DNA from: Candidatus Zixiibacteriota bacterium
GTDB taxonomy: Bacteria; Desulfobacterota; Binatia; UBA9968
Reading direction: 5' to 3'
NCBI GenBank assembly: GCA_035574315.1
Contig: DATLYW010000037.1
Span: forward strand, 43,853 to 107,852
DNA length: 64,000 bases
The notes beneath the pieces are model-generated. The model had not been told where the DNA came from, searched no databases, and saw only the letters and a program-made list of their open reading frames with translations. Shown here piece by piece: positions 36,933 to 46,499 of the stretch (its first letter is position 1; the number at the start of each line of letters is the position of its first letter). The translations under genes were made by a program, and so were the position numbers.

Positions 36933-37577
36933 TCACGAACGCTGCGCTTCGTCGACGAGCTTCACGAAATGCTGCAGCTCGTTCACGAGCCCGCCGTGCC
37001 TCTTCTGGGCCAGCGTGGCGGCGAGATAGGCGCTGCCGAGGCAGATCCCGGTCGCTCCGGCCTGGACGTAGTCCTTGACGTTGTCGAGGCCGACCCCGCC
37101 GGAGACCATGAAGCGCATCTCCGGGAACGGGCCGGCCATCTGGCGAAGGAAGAGCGGTCCGCCGACGCAGTCCGCCGGGAAGATCTTCACGAGGTCCGCT
37201 CCCGCCCGGTGCGCCGCGAGGGCCTCGGTCGGCGTGGCCGCGCCGGGGATGCAGGCGGCGCCCGCTTCGTGGCAGACCGGGACCAGCTCCAGCTCGAGGG
37301 TCGGGGCGACGATGAACTCAGCCCCCGCCTCGAGAGCCTGGCGCGCCTGCTCCTTGGTGAGCACGGTTCCGGCCCCCACGCGAAGCTGGCCCTGGCGCGC
37401 CAGTGTCCTGATGATGTCCAGCGCTCCGGGGACGCTGGAAGTGATCTCGATGAACTTCACTCCGCTTTCCGCCACGGCCCGGGCGATGGCGAGCGCGTCC
37501 TCGGAGGTCCGGGAGCGCACCACCGCGACCAGACGCCGGCGTTCCATCTCGCGCACGATCTCCCCTCGTTCCATCAC
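36933..37577 (-). CDS. eda: KDPG / 4-hydroxy-2-oxoglutarate aldolase
   Basis: 214 aa. LVAVVR...IEIT and a Schiff-base Lys region (KIFPA) are typical of Eda. Confidence 0.8.
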   Translation of the reverse strand: MMERGEIVREMERRRLVAVVRSRTSEDALAIARAVAESGVKFIEITSSVPGALDIIRTLARQGQLRVGAGTVLTKEQARQALEAGAEFIVAPTLELELVPVCHEAGAACIPGAATPTEALAAHRAGADLVKIFPADCVGGPLFLRQMAGPFPEMRFMVSGGVGLDNVKDYVQAGATGICLGSAYLAATLAQKRHGGLVNELQHFVKLVDEAQRS

Positions 37578-37587
37578 GCAAAAACTC

Positions 37588-38355
37588 CTAGCTGAGGCTC
37601 AGCCCTCCGTCCACGATCAGAGTCTGTCCCGTGACGAAGTCTCCGCCCGTGATCAATCCCAGGATCGCTGCGGCGACGTCGTCCGGGCTGGCGATGCGCC
37701 GGAGCGGGTAGGCGTTTGCCGCCTTGGCCACGACCTCGCGGTACTCCGCGCCGAAATGTCCGCTCATCCAGGGCGTGTCCGTGAAGGCCGGTGCGACGCA
37801 GTTGACGCGGACGCGCGGCGCCAGCGCCACCGCCAGTCCCCGCGTGAGGTAGATCAGGGCCGCCTTCGCCGTACCGTAGGCGAGCGAGGAGATCGTCGGC
37901 GGGGCAAGGATTCCGGAGATGGACGAGACGTTGACGACCATTCCTTCGGCCTCCGCCAGGAGCGGCGCGGCGGCGCGCGTGGCGCGAAACGCTCCCTTGA
38001 CGTTCACGTCGAGGATCTCGTCCCAGATCTCGTCAGTAAGCCCGTCGAGATCGGAGAGCGCCACCCAATGCGTGAGCCCCGCGTTGTTGACCAGGACGTC
38101 GAGCCGGCCGAAATGATCGCGCACCCGATCGACCATCCGTCTCACTTCGTCGTCGCGCTTGAGGTCCGCCTGTACCGCCAGCGATTTCACGCCGTCCCGC
38201 TCCATCCGGGCGGCGAGGTCCACGGCTTCCCTGGCGGACTTCCGGTAATGGATCGCCACGCCGGCGATTCCCGCCGCGCAGAGCATGCGCACGACCGCTC
38301 CGCCGATACCACCCGCGCCCCCGGTCACGAGAGCCACCCTGCCGTCGAGTTTCAT
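37588..38355 (-). CDS. SDR-family oxidoreductase
   Basis: TGGAGGIG cofactor motif, NNAG, and the YxxxK catalytic motif. Confidence 0.85.
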   Translation of the reverse strand: MKLDGRVALVTGGAGGIGGAVVRMLCAAGIAGVAIHYRKSAREAVDLAARMERDGVKSLAVQADLKRDDEVRRMVDRVRDHFGRLDVLVNNAGLTHWVALSDLDGLTDEIWDEILDVNVKGAFRATRAAAPLLAEAEGMVVNVSSISGILAPPTISSLAYGTAKAALIYLTRGLAVALAPRVRVNCVAPAFTDTPWMSGHFGAEYREVVAKAANAYPLRRIASPDDVAAAILGLITGGDFVTGQTLIVDGGLSLS

Positions 38356-38487
38356 GATCCGCTCCAGGGGCGGCCAAGGCCGCCCGTCTTCAATGTGCCG
38401 CCGCGCGGTTCAGCAGTCGGAAAGGCCGAAGGTTCTGTCGATCGACACGAAAAACGGGACCTGCCAACCTGGAACTTCGAACGCTCT

Positions 38488-40221
38488 TTATTTCCGCGCC
38501 TCTCGCCGCCGCAGCGCGGCGGTTTCCTCCTCGTCGATCGTCCAGTCCTCCGGTAGCCGCACGAGCGCGGCGGGATCGCCGCGATAGCGGATCGCCACGC
38601 CGTACGCTTCCCGCGCCTGCTCCGGCGAGACGTACCCTTCGATCACGTCCCAGAGCACCCTGGCCGGCTCGCGCTCGAGCGGGTCGCCGAAGCCCCCGCC
38701 GCCGGGCAGGTTCAGATGAACGACGTCGTCGTTCTTGAGATCGACCATCGCCTTGGGATGCAACCGCGTGCCGTCGTGCAGAAAAACCTCTCCCGGCGCC
38801 CCCTCCTTGCCCCCGAGCAGGCCGGGCGCCGGGTACTTCGTCCGGTCGGCGATCGAGCTTACGCTCCAGCGCCCCCGCCCGCGCCGCGCGAACTCGGTGC
38901 ACTGGCCGAGCCCGCCGCGCCATTTTCCCGGCCCGCCCGAATCGCGGCGCAGCTCGCGCTTCTCCAGCACCACGGGGGAAAGGCTCTCGATCACTTCCGC
39001 GGGCACGCCCGCCACCCCGCTCGGAAATCCGACCGCGCTCAGACCGTCCTTGGACGGCCGCGCGCCGGTGCCCCCTACCTGGAAGACGGTCAGCGTGAAA
39101 GGCGGGTTATCGCCGCGCCACACGCTCAACCAGATCGGGTCCGCCCCCGGCGCCATCAGTCGGCCCGGGAGGGCTCCCGAAAGGGCGGCGAAAATCGCGC
39201 TCGGCAGGAAGTGGCCGATCACCTGGCGGCTCGCCACCGGCGCCGGCTCGAGCGCGTTGAGAATGCTTCCCGGAGGCGCGCTGACGCGCACCGGCCTGAA
39301 GCTTCCCTCGTTGTGCGGCACCTCCGGGCAGATCGCCGCCTTGATCGCGAAGCTCGCGTATGCGTGGGTGTAGTTGAAAACCACGTTGATGCCGCGCGAG
39401 CTCTGCGGCGAGGAGCCCGCGAAATCGATCGCGATCTCGCCGTCGCCGACGGTCACGGCGCAGCGGATGAGGATCGGCTCCTCGAAACCGTCGCTCCAGG
39501 TCTCGCTCGTCCAGCGACCGCGCGGCAGCTTGCGGATCTCGCGCCGCACCGCCTCTTCCGAGCGGCGCACGATCTCGTCGGCGATCGGATCGATGCTTTC
39601 GAGCCCGAACTCGTCCATCATCTCGAGCAGCGCCCGCCCCCCGGCGTCGTTGCAGGCGGTCTGGGCGTAGAAGTCGCCGATCACCTCGTCGGGTTGCCGC
39701 ACGTTGGCGCGCACGATCTGCATGAGGATCTCGTTGGGCGCGCCGCGGTCGAAGAGCTTCATGATCGGCAGGCGCAGCCCTTCCTCGTAGACCTCGCGCG
39801 CTTCGGCCGACAGAATCCGTCCGCCGATGTCGGCGCTGTGGCAGGTATTGGCGAACAACGCCACCGGCCGGCCGTCCTTGAAGATCGGCGTCGTGATCGT
39901 GATGTCGTTGATCTGGCCGGCGGTCATCCAGGGATCGTTGGTGATCAGCACGTCGCCGGGCGCCAGCTTCTCGGGCGGAAAGGCGGCCAGGAAATGCTTC
40001 ATCGACGTGGCCATCGCGTTGATGTGGCCGGGAGTGCCGCTGATCGACTGCGCGATCATCCGCCCGCGCATGTCGAACAGACCGCAGGCGAGGTCCTGGC
40101 TCTCGCGCACGATCGTGCTGAAGGCGGTGCGGATCAAGGCGTCCTGCTGCTCGTTCGCGACCGACAGCAGCCGGCTCCAGATGACCTCCAGCGTGATCGG
40201 ATCTATCGCTTTAGCTCCCAT
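38488..40221 (-). CDS. hyuB: Hydantoinase B / oxoprolinase family protein
   Basis: 577 aa. The N-terminus DPITLEVIWSRL...RTAFSTIVRES is the canonical HyuB start. It overlaps hyuA by 11 nt. Confidence 0.85.
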   Translation of the reverse strand: MGAKAIDPITLEVIWSRLLSVANEQQDALIRTAFSTIVRESQDLACGLFDMRGRMIAQSISGTPGHINAMATSMKHFLAAFPPEKLAPGDVLITNDPWMTAGQINDITITTPIFKDGRPVALFANTCHSADIGGRILSAEAREVYEEGLRLPIMKLFDRGAPNEILMQIVRANVRQPDEVIGDFYAQTACNDAGGRALLEMMDEFGLESIDPIADEIVRRSEEAVRREIRKLPRGRWTSETWSDGFEEPILIRCAVTVGDGEIAIDFAGSSPQSSRGINVVFNYTHAYASFAIKAAICPEVPHNEGSFRPVRVSAPPGSILNALEPAPVASRQVIGHFLPSAIFAALSGALPGRLMAPGADPIWLSVWRGDNPPFTLTVFQVGGTGARPSKDGLSAVGFPSGVAGVPAEVIESLSPVVLEKRELRRDSGGPGKWRGGLGQCTEFARRGRGRWSVSSIADRTKYPAPGLLGGKEGAPGEVFLHDGTRLHPKAMVDLKNDDVVHLNLPGGGGFGDPLEREPARVLWDVIEGYVSPEQAREAYGVAIRYRGDPAALVRLPEDWTIDEEETAALRRREARK

Positions 40222-42280
40222 TTCTGAACTCGACGATAATGTTGAGGTGTCGATCCACGACCGCGTGGCCGCGTGCGCCGATGATCAGCGTCGACTCCCG
40301 CTCCTCGACGATCGCCGGCCCTTCCAGGACGGCGCCGGGCGAAAGCGCGTATCGGTCGAAGACCGGCGTCTCGACGAAACCGCCGCGCTCGGGGAAATAG
40401 GCGCGCCGCGAGCCCTTGCGGGCGCCCGCGGCCGATCCGCCGCGCGGGAGCTCGATCTCGGCCTCCGGCACCGGGCCGGTTGCGACCACGCGCCAGTTGA
40501 TGATCTCAAGGGGAACGTCCGGGCCGCGCCTGCCGTAGAGCGCCCGGTAGGCGGTCTCGAACGCCGCGGCGATCTCCGGGACATGGCCCGCGCCGAGCCG
40601 CCCGCCCGGAAGCGGCACCGAGACCTCGTGCCCCTGGCCCACGTAACGCATATCGGCGGTCCGCTGATAAGAGATCTCCCCGGGCGCGAGTCCCGAGCTT
40701 TCCAGCACCGCTCTGCCCTCCTCGGCCATCTCGTCGAGCAACCGGTTCGCCAGCGCCCAATCCTGGTTGTCGAGGCGGCTGTAGGCGCTGCGCACGAAGT
40801 CGAAGGCCAGCGGTGCGGAAAGCAGGCCGAACGTCGAGCCGACGCCGGCGCCGAACGGCGAGATCAACGCGGGGAGGCGAAGAATCTCGGCGACGCGATA
40901 GCCGTGCACCGGCCCGGCCCCGCCGAAAGCGTAGAGCGGCATGCGGCGCGGATCCTTGCCGCGCTCGCCGAGGTGCGCGCGCGCGGCGTTGGCCATGTTC
41001 TCGTTGACGATCTGATGGATGCCCCAGGCGGTTTCCTCGGCGCTTTTCCCCAGGGCGGCGCCGAGGCGCGCGAGGGCGGCGCGGGCGCCTTCGTGGTCGA
41101 GCGCCATCCTGCCGCCGAGGAAGTAACCGGCGTCGAGATAACCCAGAATCAGATCGGCGTCCGTCACCGTCGGCTCGGTTCCTCCCCGGCCGTAGCAAAC
41201 CGGTCCCGGATCGGCGCCGGCGCTTTCCGGCCCGACCTTCAACAGGCCCAGAGAGTCGACGCGGGCGATGCTGCCGCCGCCGGCGCCGATCTCGATCATG
41301 TCGATTACGGGAATGCGGATGGGCAGGCCGCTCCCCTTGCGGAAGCGGTAGACGCGGTCGACCTCGAACTCGTGAGCCTTCAGCGGTCGCCCGCCCGCGA
41401 TGGCGCAGAGCTTGGCGGTCGTGCCTCCCATGTCGAAGGACAGCAGATCGCGATGGCCGCAGCGCGCGCCCGCCCGGGCCGCCGCCAGCGCCCCCGCGGC
41501 CGGGCCCGACTCGAGAAGGCGAACGGGAAAGCGCGCCGCGGTCTCGCGGGTGGCGATCCCGCCGCTCGACAGCATCACGAAGAAACTCCCCCCAAAGCCG
41601 ATGCGATCGAGGCGCCGCTGCAGCTCGGCGAGATAGGAGGAGACCCGTTCCTGGACGTAGACGTTGGCGAGGGTGGTGCTCGAGCGCTGGAACTCGCGGA
41701 TCTCGGCGACCACCTCGGAGCTGAGCGAGACGCGGATCTCGGGCGCCACTTCCGCGATGATCTCGGCCGTGCGGCGCTCGTGCGCCGGGTTGCGAAAGCT
41801 GTTCAGATAGGAGACCGCGATCGCCCGCACGCCCCGGTCGCGCAACTCGGCGACGAGCCGCCGCACGAACTCCTCGTCGAGAGGTCGCAGCACCGACCCG
41901 TCGGCGGCCACCCGCTCGGGGACGTCGAAGCGCAGGTGGCGCGGCACCAGGGGCCTGGGCAGCTCGAGGTTGAGGTCGTAGAGCTCGTAGCGGTGCTCCC
42001 GCCCGATCTCGACCGCGTCGCGGAAGCCGCGGGTGGTGAGCAGCGCGGTGCGCGCCCCCTTGCGCTCGATCAGCGCATTGGTGACCAGCGTGGTGCCGTG
42101 GATCAGGACCCCTCGCTTCCCGTCGCGGCCCTCGGCCAGCGCCGGCCCGAGCACGTTTTCCACGGCCAGGCTCGGGTCACCGGGGGTGGTGAGCGTCTTT
42201 CCGATGACCGCCCGCCCGTCCTCGCCGACGAGCAGCATATCGGTGAAAGTACCGCCGATGTCGATGCCGACACGAAACAT
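40211..42280 (-). CDS. hyuA: Hydantoinase A / oxoprolinase family protein
   Basis: 689 aa. The N-terminus MFRVGIDIGGTFTDM is canonical for HyuA/N-methylhydantoinase A. Confidence 0.85.
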   Translation of the reverse strand: MFRVGIDIGGTFTDMLLVGEDGRAVIGKTLTTPGDPSLAVENVLGPALAEGRDGKRGVLIHGTTLVTNALIERKGARTALLTTRGFRDAVEIGREHRYELYDLNLELPRPLVPRHLRFDVPERVAADGSVLRPLDEEFVRRLVAELRDRGVRAIAVSYLNSFRNPAHERRTAEIIAEVAPEIRVSLSSEVVAEIREFQRSSTTLANVYVQERVSSYLAELQRRLDRIGFGGSFFVMLSSGGIATRETAARFPVRLLESGPAAGALAAARAGARCGHRDLLSFDMGGTTAKLCAIAGGRPLKAHEFEVDRVYRFRKGSGLPIRIPVIDMIEIGAGGGSIARVDSLGLLKVGPESAGADPGPVCYGRGGTEPTVTDADLILGYLDAGYFLGGRMALDHEGARAALARLGAALGKSAEETAWGIHQIVNENMANAARAHLGERGKDPRRMPLYAFGGAGPVHGYRVAEILRLPALISPFGAGVGSTFGLLSAPLAFDFVRSAYSRLDNQDWALANRLLDEMAEEGRAVLESSGLAPGEISYQRTADMRYVGQGHEVSVPLPGGRLGAGHVPEIAAAFETAYRALYGRRGPDVPLEIINWRVVATGPVPEAEIELPRGGSAAGARKGSRRAYFPERGGFVETPVFDRYALSPGAVLEGPAIVEERESTLIIGARGHAVVDRHLNIIVEFRNGS

Positions 42281-42372
42281 GATCGCTTTCCCGCTGCGCG
42301 ATATGCGATATCACTTCCCCGGAGGCCGGACGCGCGCTACCGAATGCTCCGGACGCGGGGCGGAAGGGATTT

Positions 42373-43389
42373 TCACGACTGGGCGAACAGATCCATGACG
42401 CGTTGTGTCTGATGCGCCGCGGCCGGCCGCAGCAGCGGGAGCTTGACGCCGGCGTCGCGATACTCCTGAACCCGCTTCTTGACCTCGTCGGGCGTTCCGC
42501 TCGCGGTCATCCCTTCCACGTAGGAATCGGGAACCGCCTTGATCAGGGCCTCCATGCCGCCCGCGGCGTAGGCCTTTTCGAAGAGCGGAATGTCCTCCTT
42601 GCGGATGTAAGGCTCGCCCACGCGCATCTTCGGGCCGGCGATGAACTTGATCTGGACGGGGTCGAGCTTGGTCGCCACTTCCCACCGCACAGCGTCGAGC
42701 GCCTTCTTGTGGTCGTCCTCGACCGAGCAGTTGATGATCTGCGCCACCTCGAAACGCGAGAAGTCGCGTCCGGCCCGCTCGGCGGCCTCGCGGACGATCT
42801 TCAGCGCGTTGACGGTGTACTCCGGCGAGCAGACGGCGTTGAGCACCACGCCGTCGCCGATCTCTCCCGCCAGCCGCAACCCCACGGCGGCGGTCGCCGG
42901 AACGTACAGCGGGATGCTCGCCCGGACCGGCTTCCAGCCGAGACCGACGTTGTCGAACCTCACGTACTTGCCGTGGTAGGAGACCTTTTCCCCGGTCAGC
43001 AGGAGCCGGATCGACTCGATGTACTCCCGGAGCACCTCGGGCGGCGTGGCGCCGACGTCCGTCGGCAACGCGTGCACCAGGGCGTGGCTCCGCGTGCAGG
43101 CGCCGGGCGCGAGCGTCATCCGCCCGCCGGTCAGCTCGTCGAGCGTCGCCAGGGACTGCGCCATGACGACCGGCCCGCGCAGCCGGACGATTTGCGTGGA
43201 GCCGAGCTTGAGCCTGCGCGTGGCCAGGCCGATCGCCGCCAGCGACGTCACCGAGTCCCGCATGAGCTCGATGGTCTCCGAGAAGAAGGCCATCTCGAAG
43301 CCGCGCTCTTCCGCCTGCCGCATGACGTCGGCCATTTCCCGCACGTCGGTGAACTTTCCGTAACCCAGCGCGTATCCGACTCTGGCCAT
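42373..43389 (-). CDS. LLM-class (luciferase-like) flavin/F420-dependent oxidoreductase
   Basis: 338 aa TIM-barrel LLM signatures (N-terminus MARVGYALGY, GRMTLAPG). Confidence 0.8.
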   Translation of the reverse strand: MARVGYALGYGKFTDVREMADVMRQAEERGFEMAFFSETIELMRDSVTSLAAIGLATRRLKLGSTQIVRLRGPVVMAQSLATLDELTGGRMTLAPGACTRSHALVHALPTDVGATPPEVLREYIESIRLLLTGEKVSYHGKYVRFDNVGLGWKPVRASIPLYVPATAAVGLRLAGEIGDGVVLNAVCSPEYTVNALKIVREAAERAGRDFSRFEVAQIINCSVEDDHKKALDAVRWEVATKLDPVQIKFIAGPKMRVGEPYIRKEDIPLFEKAYAAGGMEALIKAVPDSYVEGMTASGTPDEVKKRVQEYRDAGVKLPLLRPAAAHQTQRVMDLFAQS

Positions 43390-43486
43390 TCGCTTCTCCT
43401 TCTCGACGGACGATAGCTCGAAGCTTAGCCGAGCGACCGGGCAGCGTCAAACCGCGGCGGGCGGCCGGGCCGGCGGACGGAGCGGC

Positions 43487-44467
43487 TCATCGGTAAAGCT
43501 GCTTGTAGAAGCCCGAAGCCTCCAGCTCCTTGACGAACCGGTCGTCGTAGAAGCTCTCCGGCTTCGCGCTCTTCGCCCTCGGGTTGCGCGGCGCGATCTG
43601 ATTCAGCACCTCCTGCACGCCTTCGCGGGTGTTGTAGGGGATGCGCTCGACGTAATCCAGCGCATACTGATAGACCGCGTCGACCACCTTCGGATCGGTG
43701 GCGCGGGCGAAACGGCGGATCGCCCTCCGGCTCAGCTCGGGATCGGAGAACAGCCGCGCCACTCCTTCCGAGTAGGCTTTCATGAAACGGCGGATCAGGT
43801 CCTCGTTGGCCTGGATGAAGGAGCGGCGCGCCATCCAGGCGTCGTGCGGGAAGTAGATGCCGGCCTTGCCCATGTTCAGCAGCACGCGCGCGCCCGCCTC
43901 CTGTGCCCGCAGATTCGCCGGACTGGAGAAAGGCGCCGCGACGATCGCCCGCGTCTTCAGAGCCGCGGCGGCCGCGAAGAGGTCTCCCATCTGGATCAGC
44001 GTCACGTCCCGGTTCGGATCGAGGCCGTGCCGGTGCAGCACGTAGCGGATCGTGAAGTCGGTCGACGAGCCGAAGCGGGTCACCCCGACCGCCTTGCCGC
44101 GCAGGTCCTCGATGCTCTTGATCTCCGGCAGCGCCATGATGTAGAAAGCCGGCACCTTCGCCAGCGCTCCGATCATCACCACGTCCGCTCCCGCCAGCGC
44201 GGCGTCGACCGCCGCGTTGCCCGCCGCCGCGGCGAGCGGGAGATCGCCCCCGAGCATCGCCTGAACCATCTTCGATCCGGAAGTGATCAGGATCAGCCGC
44301 GGATCGATCCCGTGCTTGGCGAGAATGCCGCCTTCTTCAGCGACCCACAACCCGGCCTTGATGCCGGTGATCGCCGTGTAGCCGATCGCCAACGTCTCCG
44401 CCGCCGGCCTTCCCGGTACCGAGAGCATAGCTACGAGGAGCAGGAGCGTGCACGCTCTTTTCGCCAT
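43487..44467 (-). CDS. NMT1/SsuA-like ABC substrate-binding protein (signal peptide)
   Basis: Start ATG 44465-44467 (MAKRACTLLLLVAMLSVPG), preceded by GGAGG. It is the third secreted NMT1-type SBP in the window. Confidence 0.7.
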   Translation of the reverse strand: MAKRACTLLLLVAMLSVPGRPAAETLAIGYTAITGIKAGLWVAEEGGILAKHGIDPRLILITSGSKMVQAMLGGDLPLAAAAGNAAVDAALAGADVVMIGALAKVPAFYIMALPEIKSIEDLRGKAVGVTRFGSSTDFTIRYVLHRHGLDPNRDVTLIQMGDLFAAAAALKTRAIVAAPFSSPANLRAQEAGARVLLNMGKAGIYFPHDAWMARRSFIQANEDLIRRFMKAYSEGVARLFSDPELSRRAIRRFARATDPKVVDAVYQYALDYVERIPYNTREGVQEVLNQIAPRNPRAKSAKPESFYDDRFVKELEASGFYKQLYR

Positions 44468-44609
44468 ACGCCGGAGCCTCCTTGACAGTTTTCTGGTTCC
44501 CGGTTCCGGGCTTCCTCTCGTCCCGGTCTTCGGTCGCCCGTCCGTTTTTCCGTAAAGGAGTACTACACACCCGCCCGCGCACGGTGTCAAACGGTCGGTT
44601 GTGCCGCCC

Positions 44610-45608
44610 TCAGCCCGCCCGTCGGGCGGCGCGGGCGCGATACGCCGCGGCGAGGGCGTCGAGATGGCGCTCGAGCTGCTCGTAGCCCGCGTCGCGCGGC
44701 AGCTCTTTCAAGCCTGCGATCAGCTCTTTCAAGCTCTCCGTTTCGCGGTACAGCCCGGCGATGCGGTCGTAGTAAAGATAGTACGCGAGGTCGTGGCTGA
44801 GCTTCGCCTCGACGGCGGTTTCGGCGTGCTGGTCCCGCAGCTCGCGCCAGAAGCGTACCCGGTAGACCGGAAGCGCCTCGACCAGTCCGAGCAGCCGCGT
44901 CTTGACCCGCTCCGGGTCGTCCTCCTGCACCCCGCGCACGACCTCAGCCGCGAGCAGGTTCAGCTCCCGCGACAGCCGCCTGTCTTCCTCCACCGCCGCC
45001 ACCGCCCGCCGGGCGTTTACTTCGTCTCCGAGGCTGCGGAAGAACTCCACCGCTGCAAGCGCCGCCAGTGGCGTAACGACCGCCTCCTCGATCTCCCACG
45101 GGAGGTCGAAGTTGGCGTCACCGTGAAGGTCCTCGTGCAACACGACCACCACGCGCCGGAGCAGGCCCTCGCGCGCGAAGGCCGACGTCGCGCGCGAGCG
45201 GGCGTCGGCGAACTCGTTCCCCTGCCGGTAGTAGACGCTGTAACGGTCAACGCGGTAGACCTGCTCGAGCCGGCGAGCCTGCGGCGGCCCGGAAAGCGCG
45301 ATCGCCAGGCGAACGTCGACCGGCCGCCGGACCGCGATCGTTCCGGCGCGCTGCAGCCAGAACCAGACGATCGAAGGCGCGTCGGCGTCGTCGGCGGCGC
45401 GGCGCAGCGCATCCGTCGGCACGATGCCGATACTCCGCGCGAAAGTTTTGACCTCCTCCGCCATGCGCACCGTCCCGCGCAGGCCGGCGTATCGTTCAGG
45501 GGAAAGATCCAGGGCTGCGCACGACGCAAGCCACAGAGCGGCCCCCAGGCAGCCGAGTCCTCGCCCGGCGGCCTTCGAGCGGAAAGACGACCCGAAAAGG
45601 CGGCTCAC
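44610..45608 (-). CDS. Lipoprotein with HExxH motif (putative zinc metallopeptidase / predicted-aminopeptidase-like)
   Basis: Lipobox WLASC and an HEDLH motif. The size and organisation resemble PF10023-type predicted aminopeptidases. Low certainty. Confidence 0.4.
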   Translation of the reverse strand: MSRLFGSSFRSKAAGRGLGCLGAALWLASCAALDLSPERYAGLRGTVRMAEEVKTFARSIGIVPTDALRRAADDADAPSIVWFWLQRAGTIAVRRPVDVRLAIALSGPPQARRLEQVYRVDRYSVYYRQGNEFADARSRATSAFAREGLLRRVVVVLHEDLHGDANFDLPWEIEEAVVTPLAALAAVEFFRSLGDEVNARRAVAAVEEDRRLSRELNLLAAEVVRGVQEDDPERVKTRLLGLVEALPVYRVRFWRELRDQHAETAVEAKLSHDLAYYLYYDRIAGLYRETESLKELIAGLKELPRDAGYEQLERHLDALAAAYRARAARRAG

Positions 45609-45617
45609 GCGGCCCCC

Positions 45618-46499
45618 CTAGGCGGCGAAGAGCGAGGCGATCGGCACGCTCCGCGGGATGGCGCCGGTTGCGACGAGCATCTCCATCTCCGCCTGGAAGA
45701 TCTGTTGCTCCTCGTCGGTCCAGGTGAACTCGATCCGGGGGTAGCGCGCCGAGGCGAGCAGGGCGTCCCGGTCGCCGCCGTAGCGGCGCACGAAGGCTTC
45801 CCCGATCTCCTCGAGATGGCGCTCGCTGTAGGCGAACGAGTCGCGAAACGCCCGAAGCACCGATTCCTTCGATTCCGGATGGCGGGCGAGCCACTCTTCG
45901 CGCACGGCCACCATATGCTTGATCATCTGTTCGAAGCCGGTCAGGCGCATCCACGCCTCGCCGTCCGTGTAGAGGCAGCGGACGTCCGGCGCCGATTCGC
46001 CGCGAAAGAAAAATTGATCCAGGAGCACCACCGCGTCGACACGCCCGCTCCGCAGCGCCTCGAGCAGCTCTTCCTGGGGCCGGGCTTCCCAGCGCAGGGT
46101 CGCGTCGTCGACGCCCCACGCGCGCCGCAGCAGATAACGATGGATCGCATGCGGGCCCTGGTGCGTCGCGATGAGGGCGCCCGCGAGGTCCTGCGGCTTG
46201 CGGATCGGACCGTCGCGGCGCACGAAAACGCCGTTGCCCTTGAGCGTCGATTTCCACTCGGTCGCAAGCCCGACGATCGGGGCGCCTTCGAGCTTTCGCC
46301 GGAGAAAATTGGCGACGTAGAGATTGGCGACATGGACGTCGCCCCGAATCAACGCTTCCTCGAGGGCGCGGCTCGGAGGATCCGGTACTTCGACCACCTC
46401 GATGCGCAGCCCCGGCGGGCGGACTTTCCCGGCCGCCAGCGCGTAGTAGGTCCTGAACATGCAGAAACGGTTGCGGTAATGCGCGACCGTCAGCTCCAT
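45618..46499 (-). CDS. Cytoplasmic NMT1/THI5-fold protein (PhtD-like)
   Basis: Start ATG 46497-46499 (MELTVAHYRNRF), with no signal peptide. It overlaps the upstream M20 gene by 10 nt. Confidence 0.5.
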   Translation of the reverse strand: MELTVAHYRNRFCMFRTYYALAAGKVRPPGLRIEVVEVPDPPSRALEEALIRGDVHVANLYVANFLRRKLEGAPIVGLATEWKSTLKGNGVFVRRDGPIRKPQDLAGALIATHQGPHAIHRYLLRRAWGVDDATLRWEARPQEELLEALRSGRVDAVVLLDQFFFRGESAPDVRCLYTDGEAWMRLTGFEQMIKHMVAVREEWLARHPESKESVLRAFRDSFAYSERHLEEIGEAFVRRYGGDRDALLASARYPRIEFTWTDEEQQIFQAEMEMLVATGAIPRSVPIASLFAA

